NCBI RefSeq assembly: GCF_000189295.2
Contig: NC_016803.1
Span: forward strand, 1,020,001 to 1,052,000
Origin: Pseudodesulfovibrio mercurii
GTDB lineage: Bacteria; Desulfobacterota; Desulfovibrionia; Desulfovibrionales; Desulfovibrionaceae
Direction: 5' to 3'
DNA length: 32,000 nucleotides
Shown here: positions 1-10,219 of the stretch, one piece after another
How positions within the stretch are numbered: the first letter of the stretch is position 1
Layout of the letters: each line of letters starts with the position of its first letter
Notes under the pieces: generated by a model
The model's database searches: none
What the model saw: the letters and a program-made list of their open reading frames with translations, nothing else
Told to the model about the DNA's origin: nothing
Position numbers and translations under genes: made by a program

Positions 1-425
1 GCCGCGCCCTTTTCGAGGATGTAGCGGACGTCGTCGTCATGCATGATGAGCAGCAGGCCGGATTCCTTGGACACGCCCGCCTGGAGGCCCCAGCCCACCG
101 AGGACTTGGACAGGAAGACCGGGCCGGTCCAGCCCGCGTCGGTGCGGGCTGCCAGGAGCGCGTTGCCGTGGCCGAGGGAGAAGATGAAGCTGACGTCGCC
201 CACGGCCGGGATGATCATGATCCCCCGGGCGTCATGGAGCAGCTTGTGCAGGCGGCCGGTCTCGTCCTTTTCCAGGTAATGCGTAACCATGCCGGTGGCT
301 TCGTCCACCAGCGCCTGGGCCGTGCCCCGGTTGGTGGCGGCCCCGTCGGAGGCCGTGACGGCGCATCCGGCCAGCAGGGCCAGACAGAGCGCGACGGACA
401 GGATGTTCAATGCGCGAATCGGCAT
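1..425 (-). CDS. SYLF/Ysc84 (DUF500)-like lipoprotein; the C-terminus runs off the window edge
   Basis: Not in the ORF track because it is open at the window edge. My reverse-strand translation from ATG (complement of 423-425) gives MPIRALNILSVALCLALLAGCAV..., a signal peptide with an LAGC lipobox. It continues ...IMIIPAVGDVSFIFSLGHGNALLAARTDAGWTGPVFLSKSSVGWGLQAG..., which resembles the Ysc84/SYLF domain. Confidence 0.6.
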   Translation of the reverse strand, partial: MPIRALNILSVALCLALLAGCAVTASDGAATNRGTAQALVDEATGMVTHYLEKDETGRLHKLLHDARGIMIIPAVGDVSFIFSLGHGNALLAARTDAGWTGPVFLSKSSVGWGLQAGVSKESGLLLIMHDDDVRYILEKGA

Positions 426-456
426 AGCCTTGGCCTAAAGGGTGCGTTCCGACCTG

Positions 457-2364
457 TCAAGAACGTTTGCGCAGGCGGCGGGCATCGCCCACGCGCACGG
501 TCAGTTTCTCCTTGTCGAAATATTCAAGGACCGGAATGAGATACTTGCGCGACAGCCCGGTCAGGTCCTTGAAGTCCGGGGCGGTCATCTCCTCGTGGTC
601 GGCGAAGAAGCCGACGATGGCGTCGCGGATACCGGTCAGGGCCGGGGCGTGGTAGTACATGTCGTCCTTGATGCGCGTCAGCTCCCCCTGATCCTGGAGG
701 ACCTTGAGCACGGGCATGGCCTGCTTGACGTCCATGCCGAGCGGTTCGAGCACGTCCTTGAGGTTGGGCGGGGTGGCCCCCCCTTCGGTGTAGGCGGACA
801 GGATGGTCTCGCGGACCTTGGCCTGGTCCGAGGCCAGGGAGACCGTGTGGCCCTTGAGCCGGATGACCTCCTGCTCGGCCTCGATGTCGCCCTTCTTGAG
901 CAGCCGTTCCAGGAGAAAATGCAAGAGCTTGGGCGGCAGGTTCCGGCCCCAGGACGAGGCCAGTTCGCCCCGCTGCACGCCGGGCTTCATGGATTCGCGG
1001 CGGTGAAAGTCCGCCAGGAAGTCGAGGAGCTCCGAGGACAGCCGCTCGGCCAGGGGGCCGCCCGCGTAGCGCCGGGCCTCCTTGTCGAAGAGCACGGCCT
1101 CCTGGCGTCCGCCGAGCACGCCCAGGGTCTTTTCCAGCCCCTTGGTTTCGAGGTTGGTCATGGTCAGCAGTTCGGCGAAGCTCACGCCTGCGGGCCCGGC
1201 CAGTTCCAGCTGGGCGGCGGCCACCTCCTCGGGCTTGTCCGAGGCCAGCTTGCGGAGCAGGTCCACGTCCCCGGAGAACCGCTTCACGCGGTGCCCGGAC
1301 GGGCAGATGACCCGCCCGCCCGCAAAGGCGCGCAGGGGGGAGAAGGAGCGCAGCACGATGCGGTCGCCCCAGACCCCGGCCATGGGCTCGCTGAAGCGGG
1401 CCTGGCACACGGCGGTCTCGCCGGGCGCAAGCTCGTCGCGGTCGAGCAGGTAGATGCGCGCCAGGACCTCCCGCGCGCCGTGGTGGAAATGGATTTCCTT
1501 GCGGTGCTTGAGGGGCAGACGCGAGGATTCGAGCACGGTCAGCTCGATGTCCCAGACATCGGACGGGAACAGGGTGCCGGGCCGGGCCAGGACATCGCCC
1601 CGGCGCACGTCGTCCACCTCGAGGCCCGCCAGGTTCACGGCGGTGCGCCGTCCGGCCTGGGCCGTCTCCACGGTCTCGCCGTGGGATTGCAGGCCGCGCA
1701 CCTTGGAGACGGTCTCGCCGGGGTACAGTCGGACGTCCTCGCCCACGGAGATGGAGCCGGAGATCATGGTCCCGGTGACCACGGTGCCGTGGCCCTTCAT
1801 GGTGAAGACCCGGTCAACGGGCAGCCGGAAGAGATCCGAGCGCCGCTTGGGCTTGAACTCGGCCACCAGTTTCCTGAGCGCGTCCTTGAGGGCGTCGAGC
1901 CCCTGGCCGGTGTGGGCGGACACGGGCAGGATGGGCGCACCGGCCAGGAAGGTCGGCTCCAGGTAGGCGGCCACCTCCTCCTGGACCATCTCCAGCCATT
2001 CCGCATCGACCATGTCGGTCTTGGTCAGGGCCACCAGGCCGGTGGTCACGCCCAGCAGCTGGCAGATTTCCAGGTGCTCGCGGGTCTGGGGCATGATGCC
2101 CTCGTCCGCGGCGATGACCAGGACCACGAAGTCCACGCCCGCCGCGCCCGCGACCATGTTCTTGACGAACTTCTCGTGGCCGGGCACGTCCACGATGCCC
2201 AGCCGGGTCTCCTCGCCGAGGTCCAGGAAGGCGAACCCCAGTTCGATGGTGATGCCGCGCTTCTTTTCCTCGGACAGCCGGTCGCAGTCGATGCCGGTGA
2301 GGGCCTTGATGAGCGTTGTCTTGCCGTGGTCGATGTGTCCGGCGGTTCCCATGATGACGGGCAT
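457..2364 (-). CDS. selB: Selenocysteine-specific translation elongation factor SelB
   Basis: 635 aa. N-terminal GTPase motifs [18 protein letters not shown] and TKTD. A long C-terminal winged-helix extension is typical of bacterial SelB. Confidence 0.93.
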   Translation of the reverse strand: MPVIMGTAGHIDHGKTTLIKALTGIDCDRLSEEKKRGITIELGFAFLDLGEETRLGIVDVPGHEKFVKNMVAGAAGVDFVVLVIAADEGIMPQTREHLEICQLLGVTTGLVALTKTDMVDAEWLEMVQEEVAAYLEPTFLAGAPILPVSAHTGQGLDALKDALRKLVAEFKPKRRSDLFRLPVDRVFTMKGHGTVVTGTMISGSISVGEDVRLYPGETVSKVRGLQSHGETVETAQAGRRTAVNLAGLEVDDVRRGDVLARPGTLFPSDVWDIELTVLESSRLPLKHRKEIHFHHGAREVLARIYLLDRDELAPGETAVCQARFSEPMAGVWGDRIVLRSFSPLRAFAGGRVICPSGHRVKRFSGDVDLLRKLASDKPEEVAAAQLELAGPAGVSFAELLTMTNLETKGLEKTLGVLGGRQEAVLFDKEARRYAGGPLAERLSSELLDFLADFHRRESMKPGVQRGELASSWGRNLPPKLLHFLLERLLKKGDIEAEQEVIRLKGHTVSLASDQAKVRETILSAYTEGGATPPNLKDVLEPLGMDVKQAMPVLKVLQDQGELTRIKDDMYYHAPALTGIRDAIVGFFADHEEMTAPDFKDLTGLSRKYLIPVLEYFDKEKLTVRVGDARRLRKRS

Positions 2365-2595
2365 AGTGCGTATTCCCCGCTGCGTGCTGGTTGAGATTCA
2401 GGTGGAGACAAAGGTCCATGGTAGGGAAAAACGGGCCGCGTAACAAGGCCATGGATGCGATCCGGGGTTTGGCACGGACGCCCCCTCTCCCAAGGCGGTT
2501 TCAGCGTCCGCAACGGGCCGGAATTCCATTGACCTGTACCATACTTATGGTAAGAGGATGCAGCATTGACATATTTTTCCCAAGGGAGAGGTTTC

Positions 2596-3513
2596 ATGAA
2601 CAAGATTGGTGCGCTACTGCAATGCTTCCTGCTGGCGGCGGCCCTTGTCGCGACCGTCCCGACGGCCGTCGCGGCCATGGAGCCCGTCCCGGAGAACCCC
2701 GACGCCGTGGGCCAGGTGGTCTCCCTGAACGGGAAGGTCACGGCCCAGGGGGCGGACGGTACGGTCAGGACCCTGAACGTGAACCACCCGGTGGTACCCA
2801 GGGACGTCATCGTCACCGGCTCCCGGAGCAACGTGGAGATTCTGTTCAAGGACCGCTCGGTCCTCTCCCAGGGACCGGATTCCCGAACCAGTGTCGATGA
2901 ATACGTCTTTTCCGACACACCGTCCGCCTCGAAGATGCTCCTCAAGGTGGGCACCGGCACCTTCCGCTACGTGACAGGCCAGATCGTCAGGCAGAATCCC
3001 GACGCCTTCGCCCTTGAGACACCGACCACGACCATCGGCATCCGGGGCACCGAGGTCTTTGCCGAGAACACGGTCGAGGGCGAGGAGATCGGCGTGCTGT
3101 CCATGACTCCCGGCCACAGGGTGGAGGTGTCCATGCCGGGCCAGCAGCGGACCATTCCCCGCGCGGGGTTGTCGGTCATGGCCGCCGGAGGGCAACTGTC
3201 CGCCCCGGCCCCCACGAACCCGGCCACCCGCTCCAGGGTCATGCGGGCCGCGCCCCAGACCACCCAGGGCGAGCAGGCCGCGCCCCCCCGGTCCGACCTC
3301 GACCGACGCATCGAGGCCTTTGCCTCGGCCATCGACCGGACCAAGGGCGGGCTCGGCGGCCTGGACGACCGCCCGGACTACAACGCCCTGCACAACATCA
3401 CCCTCCAGACCCAGGCCCGCGACGCGGCCGAAAGCGGACGCGACGGCGCAACGGCGGGGCTGGGCACCGGCGGTGACGGCGACGGCGGCAGCGAAGGCGG
3501 CCAGGGCGAATAA
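2596..3513 (+). CDS. Secreted FecR-domain protein
   Basis: I prefer the internal ATG at 2596 (MNKIGALLQCFLLAAALVATVPTAVAA, a signal peptide), preceded by GGGAGAGG. The segment GQVVSLNGKVTAQGADGTVRTLNVNHPVVPRDVIVTGSRSNVEILFKDRSVL matches the FecR-like beta-rich domain pattern. The C-terminus is low-complexity Gly/Asp-rich. Confidence 0.7.
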   Translation: MNKIGALLQCFLLAAALVATVPTAVAAMEPVPENPDAVGQVVSLNGKVTAQGADGTVRTLNVNHPVVPRDVIVTGSRSNVEILFKDRSVLSQGPDSRTSVDEYVFSDTPSASKMLLKVGTGTFRYVTGQIVRQNPDAFALETPTTTIGIRGTEVFAENTVEGEEIGVLSMTPGHRVEVSMPGQQRTIPRAGLSVMAAGGQLSAPAPTNPATRSRVMRAAPQTTQGEQAAPPRSDLDRRIEAFASAIDRTKGGLGGLDDRPDYNALHNITLQTQARDAAESGRDGATAGLGTGGDGDGGSEGGQGE

Positions 3514-3555
3514 CCGCGCATCCGTTTCCGGCCAACCATCAAGAGGAACGACGAC

Positions 3556-4092
3556 ATGAAGACATTGCGATACGCGCTCATCCCCGCCCTGCTGCTCCTG
3601 CTGTCCGGCTGCGTGCTGAGCACCATGAACGAACGCCAGGGGACCAAGGCCTATCTGGAAAAGGACTATGCCACGGCCAGGGCCAAATACGAGGAGGCCG
3701 CCGCCGACGGCAACGCCAAGGCCATGTACCACCTGGCGGTCATGTACGCCGAGGGCCAGGGCGTGGAACAGGACTACGCCAAGGCGGCCGGGCTGCTCGA
3801 ACAGTCTGCGAACCTCGGACAGGACGACGCCCGGCTCATGCTCGGCCTGTTCAACCTCTACGGCGACGGCGTGCCGCGCGACGTGGACAAGGGCGCAGGC
3901 CTGATCCGGACCGCCGCCGAAAACGGCAACGACACGGCCATGTACTACCTGGCCAACCTCTACGCCTCGGGCCTGGGCGTGGAACAGGACCTCGACAAGG
4001 GGCTGTACTGGATGAACGAGGCCAGGGACGCGGGCTTCCCGGTCCGGGACGAGCTGCTGACCAGGGACGGCCTGGCCGCCCTGTACCAATAG
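3556..4092 (+). CDS. Sel1-repeat (TPR-like) lipoprotein
   Basis: MKTLRYALIPALLLLLSGCV carries a lipobox. Repeated Sel1-type units are present: AMYHLAVMYAEGQGVEQDYAKAAGLLEQSA, LGLFNLYGDGVPRDVDKGAGLIRTAA and AMYYLANLYASGLGVEQDLDKGLYWMNEA. Confidence 0.85.
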   Translation: MKTLRYALIPALLLLLSGCVLSTMNERQGTKAYLEKDYATARAKYEEAAADGNAKAMYHLAVMYAEGQGVEQDYAKAAGLLEQSANLGQDDARLMLGLFNLYGDGVPRDVDKGAGLIRTAAENGNDTAMYYLANLYASGLGVEQDLDKGLYWMNEARDAGFPVRDELLTRDGLAALYQ

Positions 4093-4130
4093 TCGTCACA
4101 GTCCGGACTCCGGCCTTCCGAAGAACGCAG

Positions 4131-4166
4131 AAAGGGCGGCGGGAATGTTCCCGCCGCCCTTTTCTT
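4131..4166. terminator. Bidirectional intrinsic terminator between convergent genes
   Basis: GGGCGGCGGGA (4134-4144), loop ATGT, TCCCGCCGCCC (4149-4159). It is flanked by an A-run upstream and TTTTCTT downstream. Confidence 0.6.
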
Positions 4167-4198
4167 GCGAATGATGTCTTTCGGGGAGATTCCCCGCC

Positions 4199-5584
4199 CT
4201 ACCGCTTCAGGAACTCGCGGAAGGCCAGGACGCAGGCGTAGATGTCGGCCTTGGCGGACAGCTCGAAGGGCGAGTGCATGGACAGGACCGGCACGCCCAC
4301 GTCGATGACGTCCATGCCGTACACGGCCAGGAACTTGGCCACGGTGCCGCCGCCGCCCGCGTCCACCTTGCCCAGCTCGGACATGTGCCAGGGCACGCCC
4401 GCGCCGTCGAAGATGGCGCGCAGCCAGCCGATGAAGTCCGGATGGGCGTCGTTGGCCCCGACCTTGCCCCGGTGGCCGGTGAACTTGTTGAAGCACGGGC
4501 CGTAGCCCAGCCGGGCGGCGTTGAGGGGCTCGTAGACGTCCTTGTAGTCCGGGTCCATGGCCGCGGACACGTCGGCGGACAGGGCCGAGCCGTTCATGAG
4601 CACGCGGGACAGGCGCGCGCCCGGCTCCCAGGCGTCCACCAGCTCCTCCATGCAGTACTCGAAGAAATAGGACTTGGCGCCCGTGGCCCCCTCGGAGCCG
4701 ATCTCCTCCTTGTCCCAGAAGAGCACCACCTGGCAGTATTCCGGCTCGGGCTCGGCCAGGAAGGCCTCGAGGGCGCAGAACACGCTGGACCGGTCGTCCT
4801 GGCCATAGCCGCCGATGAGGGACTCGTCCAGCCCCACGAAGCGGGCCGGACCGGCGGGCACGGCCTGCATCTCGGCGCTGAGGAAGTCGGCCTCCTCAAT
4901 GCCGTAGCGGGCGTTCAGGAGCTCCAGGACCTTGCGCTTGACCGGCTCCTTGACCTTGTCCTCGTCGTTGCCGGACGGGGCCGCGACCGGGGACTGGCCC
5001 AGGACCAGGTTGAGCTTTTCGGCCTCGAAGGCCTCCTCGACCTTCTTGGTGACCTCCTTGTAGGCCAGGTGCGGCAGCAGGTCGGTGATGGTGAAGACCG
5101 GGTCGCTCTGGGACTCGCCGATGCACACGGTGACGGTCTCGCCGGACCGCTTGACCACGGTGCCGTGCAGGGCCAGGGGGATGGTCAGCCACTGGTACTT
5201 GCGGATGCCGCCGTAGTAGTGGGTCTTGGCCAGGCAGATGTCCAGGTCCTCGTAGAGCGGGCGCTGCTTGAGGTCCAGGCGCGGGCAGTCGGCGTGGGCG
5301 CCGACCAGCCGGTACCCCTCGGACAGGGGCCGTTTGCCCTTGCGGGCCAGGAAGCAGGTCTTGTTGCGGTTGAAGCGGAAGACCTGGGGTCCGGCGAAGT
5401 CCTCGACGAAACCGGCGGCCTCGATCCGTTCACGCACGTAGTCCATGACCAGCCGTTCGGTCTTGCACTCGCTCAGGAACCGGACGTAGTCGATGGCCAT
5501 GGCGTCCATGGCCGCACGGTGCTCGTCCGAGGCGTAGGCCTCCCAGGCGGACCTGGGTTCGTATTCCAGTTGCTGCTTGCTCAT
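4199..5584 (-). CDS. M18-family aminopeptidase (aspartyl aminopeptidase / aminopeptidase 1-like)
   Basis: 461 aa. Motifs GAHADCPRLDLK, DDRSSVF, WDKEEIGSEGATGA and SMHSPFE are typical of zinc-dependent M18/M42-type aminopeptidases. Confidence 0.8.
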   Translation of the reverse strand: MSKQQLEYEPRSAWEAYASDEHRAAMDAMAIDYVRFLSECKTERLVMDYVRERIEAAGFVEDFAGPQVFRFNRNKTCFLARKGKRPLSEGYRLVGAHADCPRLDLKQRPLYEDLDICLAKTHYYGGIRKYQWLTIPLALHGTVVKRSGETVTVCIGESQSDPVFTITDLLPHLAYKEVTKKVEEAFEAEKLNLVLGQSPVAAPSGNDEDKVKEPVKRKVLELLNARYGIEEADFLSAEMQAVPAGPARFVGLDESLIGGYGQDDRSSVFCALEAFLAEPEPEYCQVVLFWDKEEIGSEGATGAKSYFFEYCMEELVDAWEPGARLSRVLMNGSALSADVSAAMDPDYKDVYEPLNAARLGYGPCFNKFTGHRGKVGANDAHPDFIGWLRAIFDGAGVPWHMSELGKVDAGGGGTVAKFLAVYGMDVIDVGVPVLSMHSPFELSAKADIYACVLAFREFLKR

Positions 5585-5596
5585 GACGTATCCTCG

Positions 5597-7003
5597 TTAT
5601 TTGGTCAGCGCGTCCACTGCCTGCTTCAGGGCGTGGGCGGCCAGCTTGAGTTCGGAGGACCCCAGGGTGCGGGGGTCCAGCAAAAATTCGTCGTCCTCGA
5701 TGCGCGCCACCAGTGGCGGGTCGGTGTCGAGGAGCGCGCCGCGCAGGGCCTCCGGGGGAATCCCCCGCACGGACACGGTGACCATGGTGCCGGGCAGGTC
5801 GTACTCCGGGAAGGAGCCGCCGCCCACACGGGAGAAGCCCTTCTTCATGCCCACCTCGGCCCGCTCGCCCAGGGACTCGCGCACGGCCTCGGCCAGCCGC
5901 CGGGCCTTGGACTTGAGGGCCTCGGGCGAGGCGGTGATCATGTTCAGGGTGGGGACCTTGCGCCGGGCCTCGTCCATGTCGAGGTACAGCCGCAGGGTCG
6001 CCTCCAGGGCGGCCAGGGTCATCTTGTCGATGCGCACGGCCCGGTTGATGGGGTTCTTCTTGATGCGGTCGATGTACTCCCGGCGGCCGACGATGACGCC
6101 CGCCTGGGGACCTCCCAGGACCTTGTCGCCCGAGAACGAGACCACATCCGCGCCCTGGGCGACCACCTGCTGCACCGTGGGCTCGCCGAGCAGCCCCTCC
6201 CCCGCCAGGGAATAGAGGGTGCCGGAGCCCAGGTCCTCGATGACCGGGAGCCCGTAACGGTCGCCGAGCACGCGCATCTCGGCCAGGGAGACCTCCTTGG
6301 TGAACCCGACCACGCGGAAATTGGAGGTATGCACGCGCATGAGCGCGGCGGTCTCGTCGCCGATGGCGTTCTCGTAGTCGTGCACGTGGGTCCGGTTGGT
6401 GGCCCCGACCTCGCGCAGCCGCGCCCCGGACTTGACCATGACGTCCGGGATGCGGAATGAGCCGCCGATCTCGACCAGCTGGCCGCGCGAGACGATGACC
6501 TCGCGCCCCCTGGCCAGGGTTTCGAGCATGATGAACACGGCGGCCGCGTTGTTGTTGACCACCAGGGCGGCCTCGGCCCCGGTGATGTCGCACAAGATCT
6601 TCTCCACGTGGGAGTAGCGGCTGCCGCGTTTGCCCGTGGACAGGTCGAACTCGCAGTTGGAGTAGTGCCCGCAGGCCTCGGCCACGGCGTCGATGGCCGA
6701 CTTGGCCAGCAGGGAGCGGCCCAGGTTGGTGTGGATGACCACGCCCGTGGCGTTGAGCACCCGGCGGAAATGGGGCCGCGCCTTGGACCGCACGTAGGCG
6801 GTCAGCCGGGGCGACAGCGCCTTGGCCGAAAGCTGTCCGGCCTCGGTGAACGCACCCGCGCGGATCTCCTCGCGGCAGATGTCCAGAAACTCGTTGACCA
6901 GATTCTTGACCAGGGGACGAGGCAATTCGCTTATGCCCTCGATCCTGCCCAGGACCGAGAGGACCTCGTCCACGGACGGCAGGTGCCTGAAAAGATTGCT
7001 CAT
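5597..7003 (-). CDS. selA: L-seryl-tRNA(Sec) selenium transferase SelA
   Basis: 468 aa. N-terminal LPSVDEVL motif. VINATGVVIHTNLGRS-like segment (LNATGVVIHTNLGRSLL). PLP-lysine region FSGDKVLGGPQAG. Confidence 0.93.
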   Translation of the reverse strand: MSNLFRHLPSVDEVLSVLGRIEGISELPRPLVKNLVNEFLDICREEIRAGAFTEAGQLSAKALSPRLTAYVRSKARPHFRRVLNATGVVIHTNLGRSLLAKSAIDAVAEACGHYSNCEFDLSTGKRGSRYSHVEKILCDITGAEAALVVNNNAAAVFIMLETLARGREVIVSRGQLVEIGGSFRIPDVMVKSGARLREVGATNRTHVHDYENAIGDETAALMRVHTSNFRVVGFTKEVSLAEMRVLGDRYGLPVIEDLGSGTLYSLAGEGLLGEPTVQQVVAQGADVVSFSGDKVLGGPQAGVIVGRREYIDRIKKNPINRAVRIDKMTLAALEATLRLYLDMDEARRKVPTLNMITASPEALKSKARRLAEAVRESLGERAEVGMKKGFSRVGGGSFPEYDLPGTMVTVSVRGIPPEALRGALLDTDPPLVARIEDDEFLLDPRTLGSSELKLAAHALKQAVDALTK

Positions 7004-7016
7004 GCGTCTTCCAATG

Positions 7017-8282
7017 TTAGGCGGTGAGAAAACGAGGATTCAGGATATAGAACTCGGCCAGCAAATACAAGGACCCGCAGACCAGTGTCGGTCCGGAAAG
7101 TTCAGGCTCCGCGTCCAGTGCCGCCTGCAACGACTCCGACGCCGAGGCGCGCCCACCGATGGCGGCCGCGATGGCCCGGTTGTCCGCGGCCCGCTCGCCG
7201 TGCATGGCCGGGACCAGGATGGGCCCTTCGGTCAGGGTGCGGATGAGCGGCAGCATGTCGGTCAGATTCTTGTCGCGCAGACAGGCGAAGACGAGCTTGC
7301 CCGGACGCACGCCCTCGGCCCGGATGGCCGCGTTCAGGGCGACCAGGGCGTGGGCGTTGTGCGCCCCGTCCAGGATGATCTCCCGGCCGTCCAGGTTCAC
7401 GGACTGGAACCGGCCCGGCAGGAAGGCGCTCTCCAGGCCGAACCGCTCCGTGTCGTGGTCCGTGCGCAGGGACCGGCCCGCCGCGAACCAGCGCCAGCCG
7501 GCCAGGGCCAGCCGGGCATTGGTCGTCTGGTGGATGCCCCTGAGGCCCAGGCGTACGTGGTCCACGGGATCGGCCGCGTCCACGGCGTAGACCAGCCGCG
7601 CACGGACCGCCTCGGCCCGCTCCTGCAGCCGGATCATGGCCTCGGGCTCCTGGGGGCCGGTCAGGGCCACCCCGCCCTCGCGGATGGCCCCGGCCTTGTC
7701 CCCGGCGATGTCCGAGAGCGTGGGCCCGAGGATCTTCTCGTGGTCCATGCCGATGGGCGTGAACAGGGTCAGGCCCGGCGCGAACACGTTGGTCGCGTCA
7801 TAGCGCCCGCCCAGCCCGGCCTCCATGACGGCCAGGTCCACCCCGGCCCGCTCGAAGGCCAGCATGGCCAGGCAGGTCTGGAATTCGAAATAGGTCAGGT
7901 CCTCGGCGCCGGGCACGGTCATGGCCTCGTTGGCAAGCTCCAGCCAGGCCTGCTCCGAGAGCATGCGCCGGTTGACCTGGATGCGTTCCCTGGGGGTGAC
8001 GAAGTGCGGCGAGGTGAAGGTACCGACCTTCTGTCCGTGGGCCCGGGCCAGGGAGGTCAGGAAGGCGGCGGTGGACCCCTTGCCGTTGGTCCCGACCACG
8101 TGGACCACCGGGATGTCGGGCTGGCCCCGGACCGCCCAGAAGGCCTCCATGCGGCCCAGCGTCAGGTCCATGCGGAACAGGCCGAGCCGGTCCATGTAGG
8201 CGGAGAGTTCGGAAAAGGTGCTGAAGTGTGTCACGAGGGGGTTCCTATCAGGAAAGCGGCCGGTATGGAACTCCCGGAACAC
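7017..8282 (-). CDS. folC: Bifunctional folylpolyglutamate synthase / dihydrofolate synthase
   Basis: 421 aa. Mur-ligase P-loop VVGTNGKGST, TSPHFV, and DGAHN in the C-terminal domain. It lies 13 bp upstream of selA on the same strand. Confidence 0.88.
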   Translation of the reverse strand: MFREFHTGRFPDRNPLVTHFSTFSELSAYMDRLGLFRMDLTLGRMEAFWAVRGQPDIPVVHVVGTNGKGSTAAFLTSLARAHGQKVGTFTSPHFVTPRERIQVNRRMLSEQAWLELANEAMTVPGAEDLTYFEFQTCLAMLAFERAGVDLAVMEAGLGGRYDATNVFAPGLTLFTPIGMDHEKILGPTLSDIAGDKAGAIREGGVALTGPQEPEAMIRLQERAEAVRARLVYAVDAADPVDHVRLGLRGIHQTTNARLALAGWRWFAAGRSLRTDHDTERFGLESAFLPGRFQSVNLDGREIILDGAHNAHALVALNAAIRAEGVRPGKLVFACLRDKNLTDMLPLIRTLTEGPILVPAMHGERAADNRAIAAAIGGRASASESLQAALDAEPELSGPTLVCGSLYLLAEFYILNPRFLTA

Positions 8283-8397
8283 GGTTCCGGCCGCCTACCC
8301 GGTACGTTGCAACGCATTATAATCTGCCGCATCCCCATGGCGCAAAGGGAAACAAGTGTGCTAGTCGCTGAAGGGACTACCTTTCAAGGAGAAAGCG

Positions 8398-10137
8398 ATG
8401 CTCAGAAAGATCACGATCAAAACCAGAATCCTCTTGCTCATTTGCTGTATCGTCCTGTTCACCGCGGGCTTCACCCTGGCCTTCCTGGACGGCGTGACCA
8501 AAGTCAAGGAGGTGGGCGTGGACTTCGCCACCAAGGCCATGCTCGAGGGCGAAAAGCGCAAGCTCGAGGTCGCCACCCTGTCCATGGCCGGCACCCTGGG
8601 CACGGCCCTGGCCGACGTGACCGACCCCGAGGCGCGGGTCGCCCTGATCCGCAAACTGGTGGACAAGATCCGCTTCGAGAATGACAAGTCCGGCTATTTC
8701 TTCGTCTACGACAAGACGGTCAACGTCTGCCTGCCCACGGCCCACGACAAGCAGGGCAAGGACCTGAGCGGGCTCAAGGACCCCAACGGGTTCCAGCTGG
8801 TGGTCGAACTGAACAAGGTGGCCCACGCGGGCGGCGGGTTCGTGACCTACATCTGGCCCAAGCCCGGCAAGGGCGACCAGCCCAAGCTCTCCTACGCCAC
8901 GCTCATCCCCGGCACGGACATGTGGATCGGCACCGGCGTGTACCTCGACAACGTGAACGAGGAGGAACAGAACATCACCGCCAGGATCGAGGACATCGTC
9001 TCCAGGTACGTCTGGGGCATCGGCGGGGCCATCCTCGGCGTGTTCGCCCTGCTCCTCCTGCCCTTCTGCCTGTTCATCGTCCGGTCCATCGTCCAGCCCC
9101 TGAACGAGGCGCTGGAACTGGCCGACCAGGTGGCCTCGGGCGACCTGACCCGCAACATCTCTTCCCAATACAAGGATGAACCCGGCAGGCTGACCGCCTC
9201 CCTGGGGGTCATGGTCCGCCGCCTGCGGCAGATCGTGGGTCAGGCCAAGGACGGCGCGGACCAGGTGGCCTCGGGCAGCACCGAGGTGACCGACTCGGCC
9301 ACGGCCCTGGCCGACGGGGCCAACCGCCAGGCCGCCTCGGTGGAGCAGGTCTCCGCATCCATGGAGGAGATGATCGGCCAGATCGGCCGGAACACGGAAA
9401 ACGCCGCCCAGACCGAGCGCATGGCCCACCAGACGGCCCTGGACGCGCAAAAGGGCGGCGACACGGTCATGGAGGCGGTCCACTCCATCAAGAACATCGC
9501 CGAGAAGATCTCCATCATCGAGGAGATAGCACGGCAGACCAACCTCCTGGCCCTGAACGCGGCCATCGAGGCAGCCCGCGCGGGCGAGGCGGGCAAGGGG
9601 TTCGCCGTGGTCGCGGCCGAGGTGCGCAAGCTGGCCGAACGCAGCGGCGCGGCCGCGGCCGAGATCGGCGAGCTGTCCACCACCACCCTGGCCAAGGCGG
9701 ACGAGGCCGGGGCCATGCTTACCCGCATGGTCCCCGACATCCGCAAGACCGCCGACCTGGTCCAGGAGATCTCGACGGCCAGCATGGAGCAGAACGCCGG
9801 GGCCCAGGAGATCAACAAGGCCGTCCAGGAACTGGACAACGTCATCCAGCAGAACGCCGGGGCCTCGGAAAAGCTGGCCTCGGCCGCCAGGGAGTTCACC
9901 TCCCAGGCCGCCCAGCTCCAGCAGGGCATGCAGTACTTCACCATCGACTCCCGGTCCGCGCGGTCCGTCGAGCGGCCCGTCGTGCCCCCCGCGCCCGTCG
10001 CCCGAACACAGGCCGTCCGCCCCGTCCGGGCCCAGCTGCCGCCCTCCCGGCCCCAGGCGCCCGATGCCCAGGCGGACCGGGGCGTGGACCTGGACATGAA
10101 CATGGACGTGGACGACCGGGACTTCGAACGATTCTGA
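8398..10137 (+). CDS. Methyl-accepting chemotaxis protein with a periplasmic single-Cache-like sensor and HAMP
   Basis: 579 aa with two TM segments. Cache-like GYFFVYDKT...[13 protein letters not shown]. The highly conserved MCP hairpin region is present: [44 protein letters not shown]. Confidence 0.93.
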   Translation: MLRKITIKTRILLLICCIVLFTAGFTLAFLDGVTKVKEVGVDFATKAMLEGEKRKLEVATLSMAGTLGTALADVTDPEARVALIRKLVDKIRFENDKSGYFFVYDKTVNVCLPTAHDKQGKDLSGLKDPNGFQLVVELNKVAHAGGGFVTYIWPKPGKGDQPKLSYATLIPGTDMWIGTGVYLDNVNEEEQNITARIEDIVSRYVWGIGGAILGVFALLLLPFCLFIVRSIVQPLNEALELADQVASGDLTRNISSQYKDEPGRLTASLGVMVRRLRQIVGQAKDGADQVASGSTEVTDSATALADGANRQAASVEQVSASMEEMIGQIGRNTENAAQTERMAHQTALDAQKGGDTVMEAVHSIKNIAEKISIIEEIARQTNLLALNAAIEAARAGEAGKGFAVVAAEVRKLAERSGAAAAEIGELSTTTLAKADEAGAMLTRMVPDIRKTADLVQEISTASMEQNAGAQEINKAVQELDNVIQQNAGASEKLASAAREFTSQAAQLQQGMQYFTIDSRSARSVERPVVPPAPVARTQAVRPVRAQLPPSRPQAPDAQADRGVDLDMNMDVDDRDFERF

Positions 10138-10163
10138 GCCCTTCCTACGACAAGACGAAAACC

Positions 10164-10191
10164 GGGCGCGCCGCGACAATGCGGCGCGCCC
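10164..10191. terminator. Bidirectional GC-rich hairpin terminator between the MCP and the AEC permease
   Basis: GGGCGCGCCGC (10164-10174), loop GACAAT, GCGGCGCGCCC (10181-10191). GAAAACC lies upstream and GTTCCGTTTTCGG downstream. Confidence 0.55.
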
Positions 10192-10219
10192 GTTCCGTTT
10201 TCGGGGCGATCCGCCGGAC

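Noticed and set aside
442-10179. Very long ORFs antisense to or overlapping the called genes in the high-GC backbone: 442-2394 (+), 2614-4089 (-), 4274-6460 (+), 5430-6593 (-), 6822-8684 (+), 8377-10179 (-), 9240-11177 (-). Also 30317-31996 (-).
   Set aside because: Their translations are low-complexity and rich in Arg/Gly/Pro/Ala/His, with no motifs. Each lies opposite a gene with clear family signatures. Long stop-free shadow frames are expected at ~70% GC.
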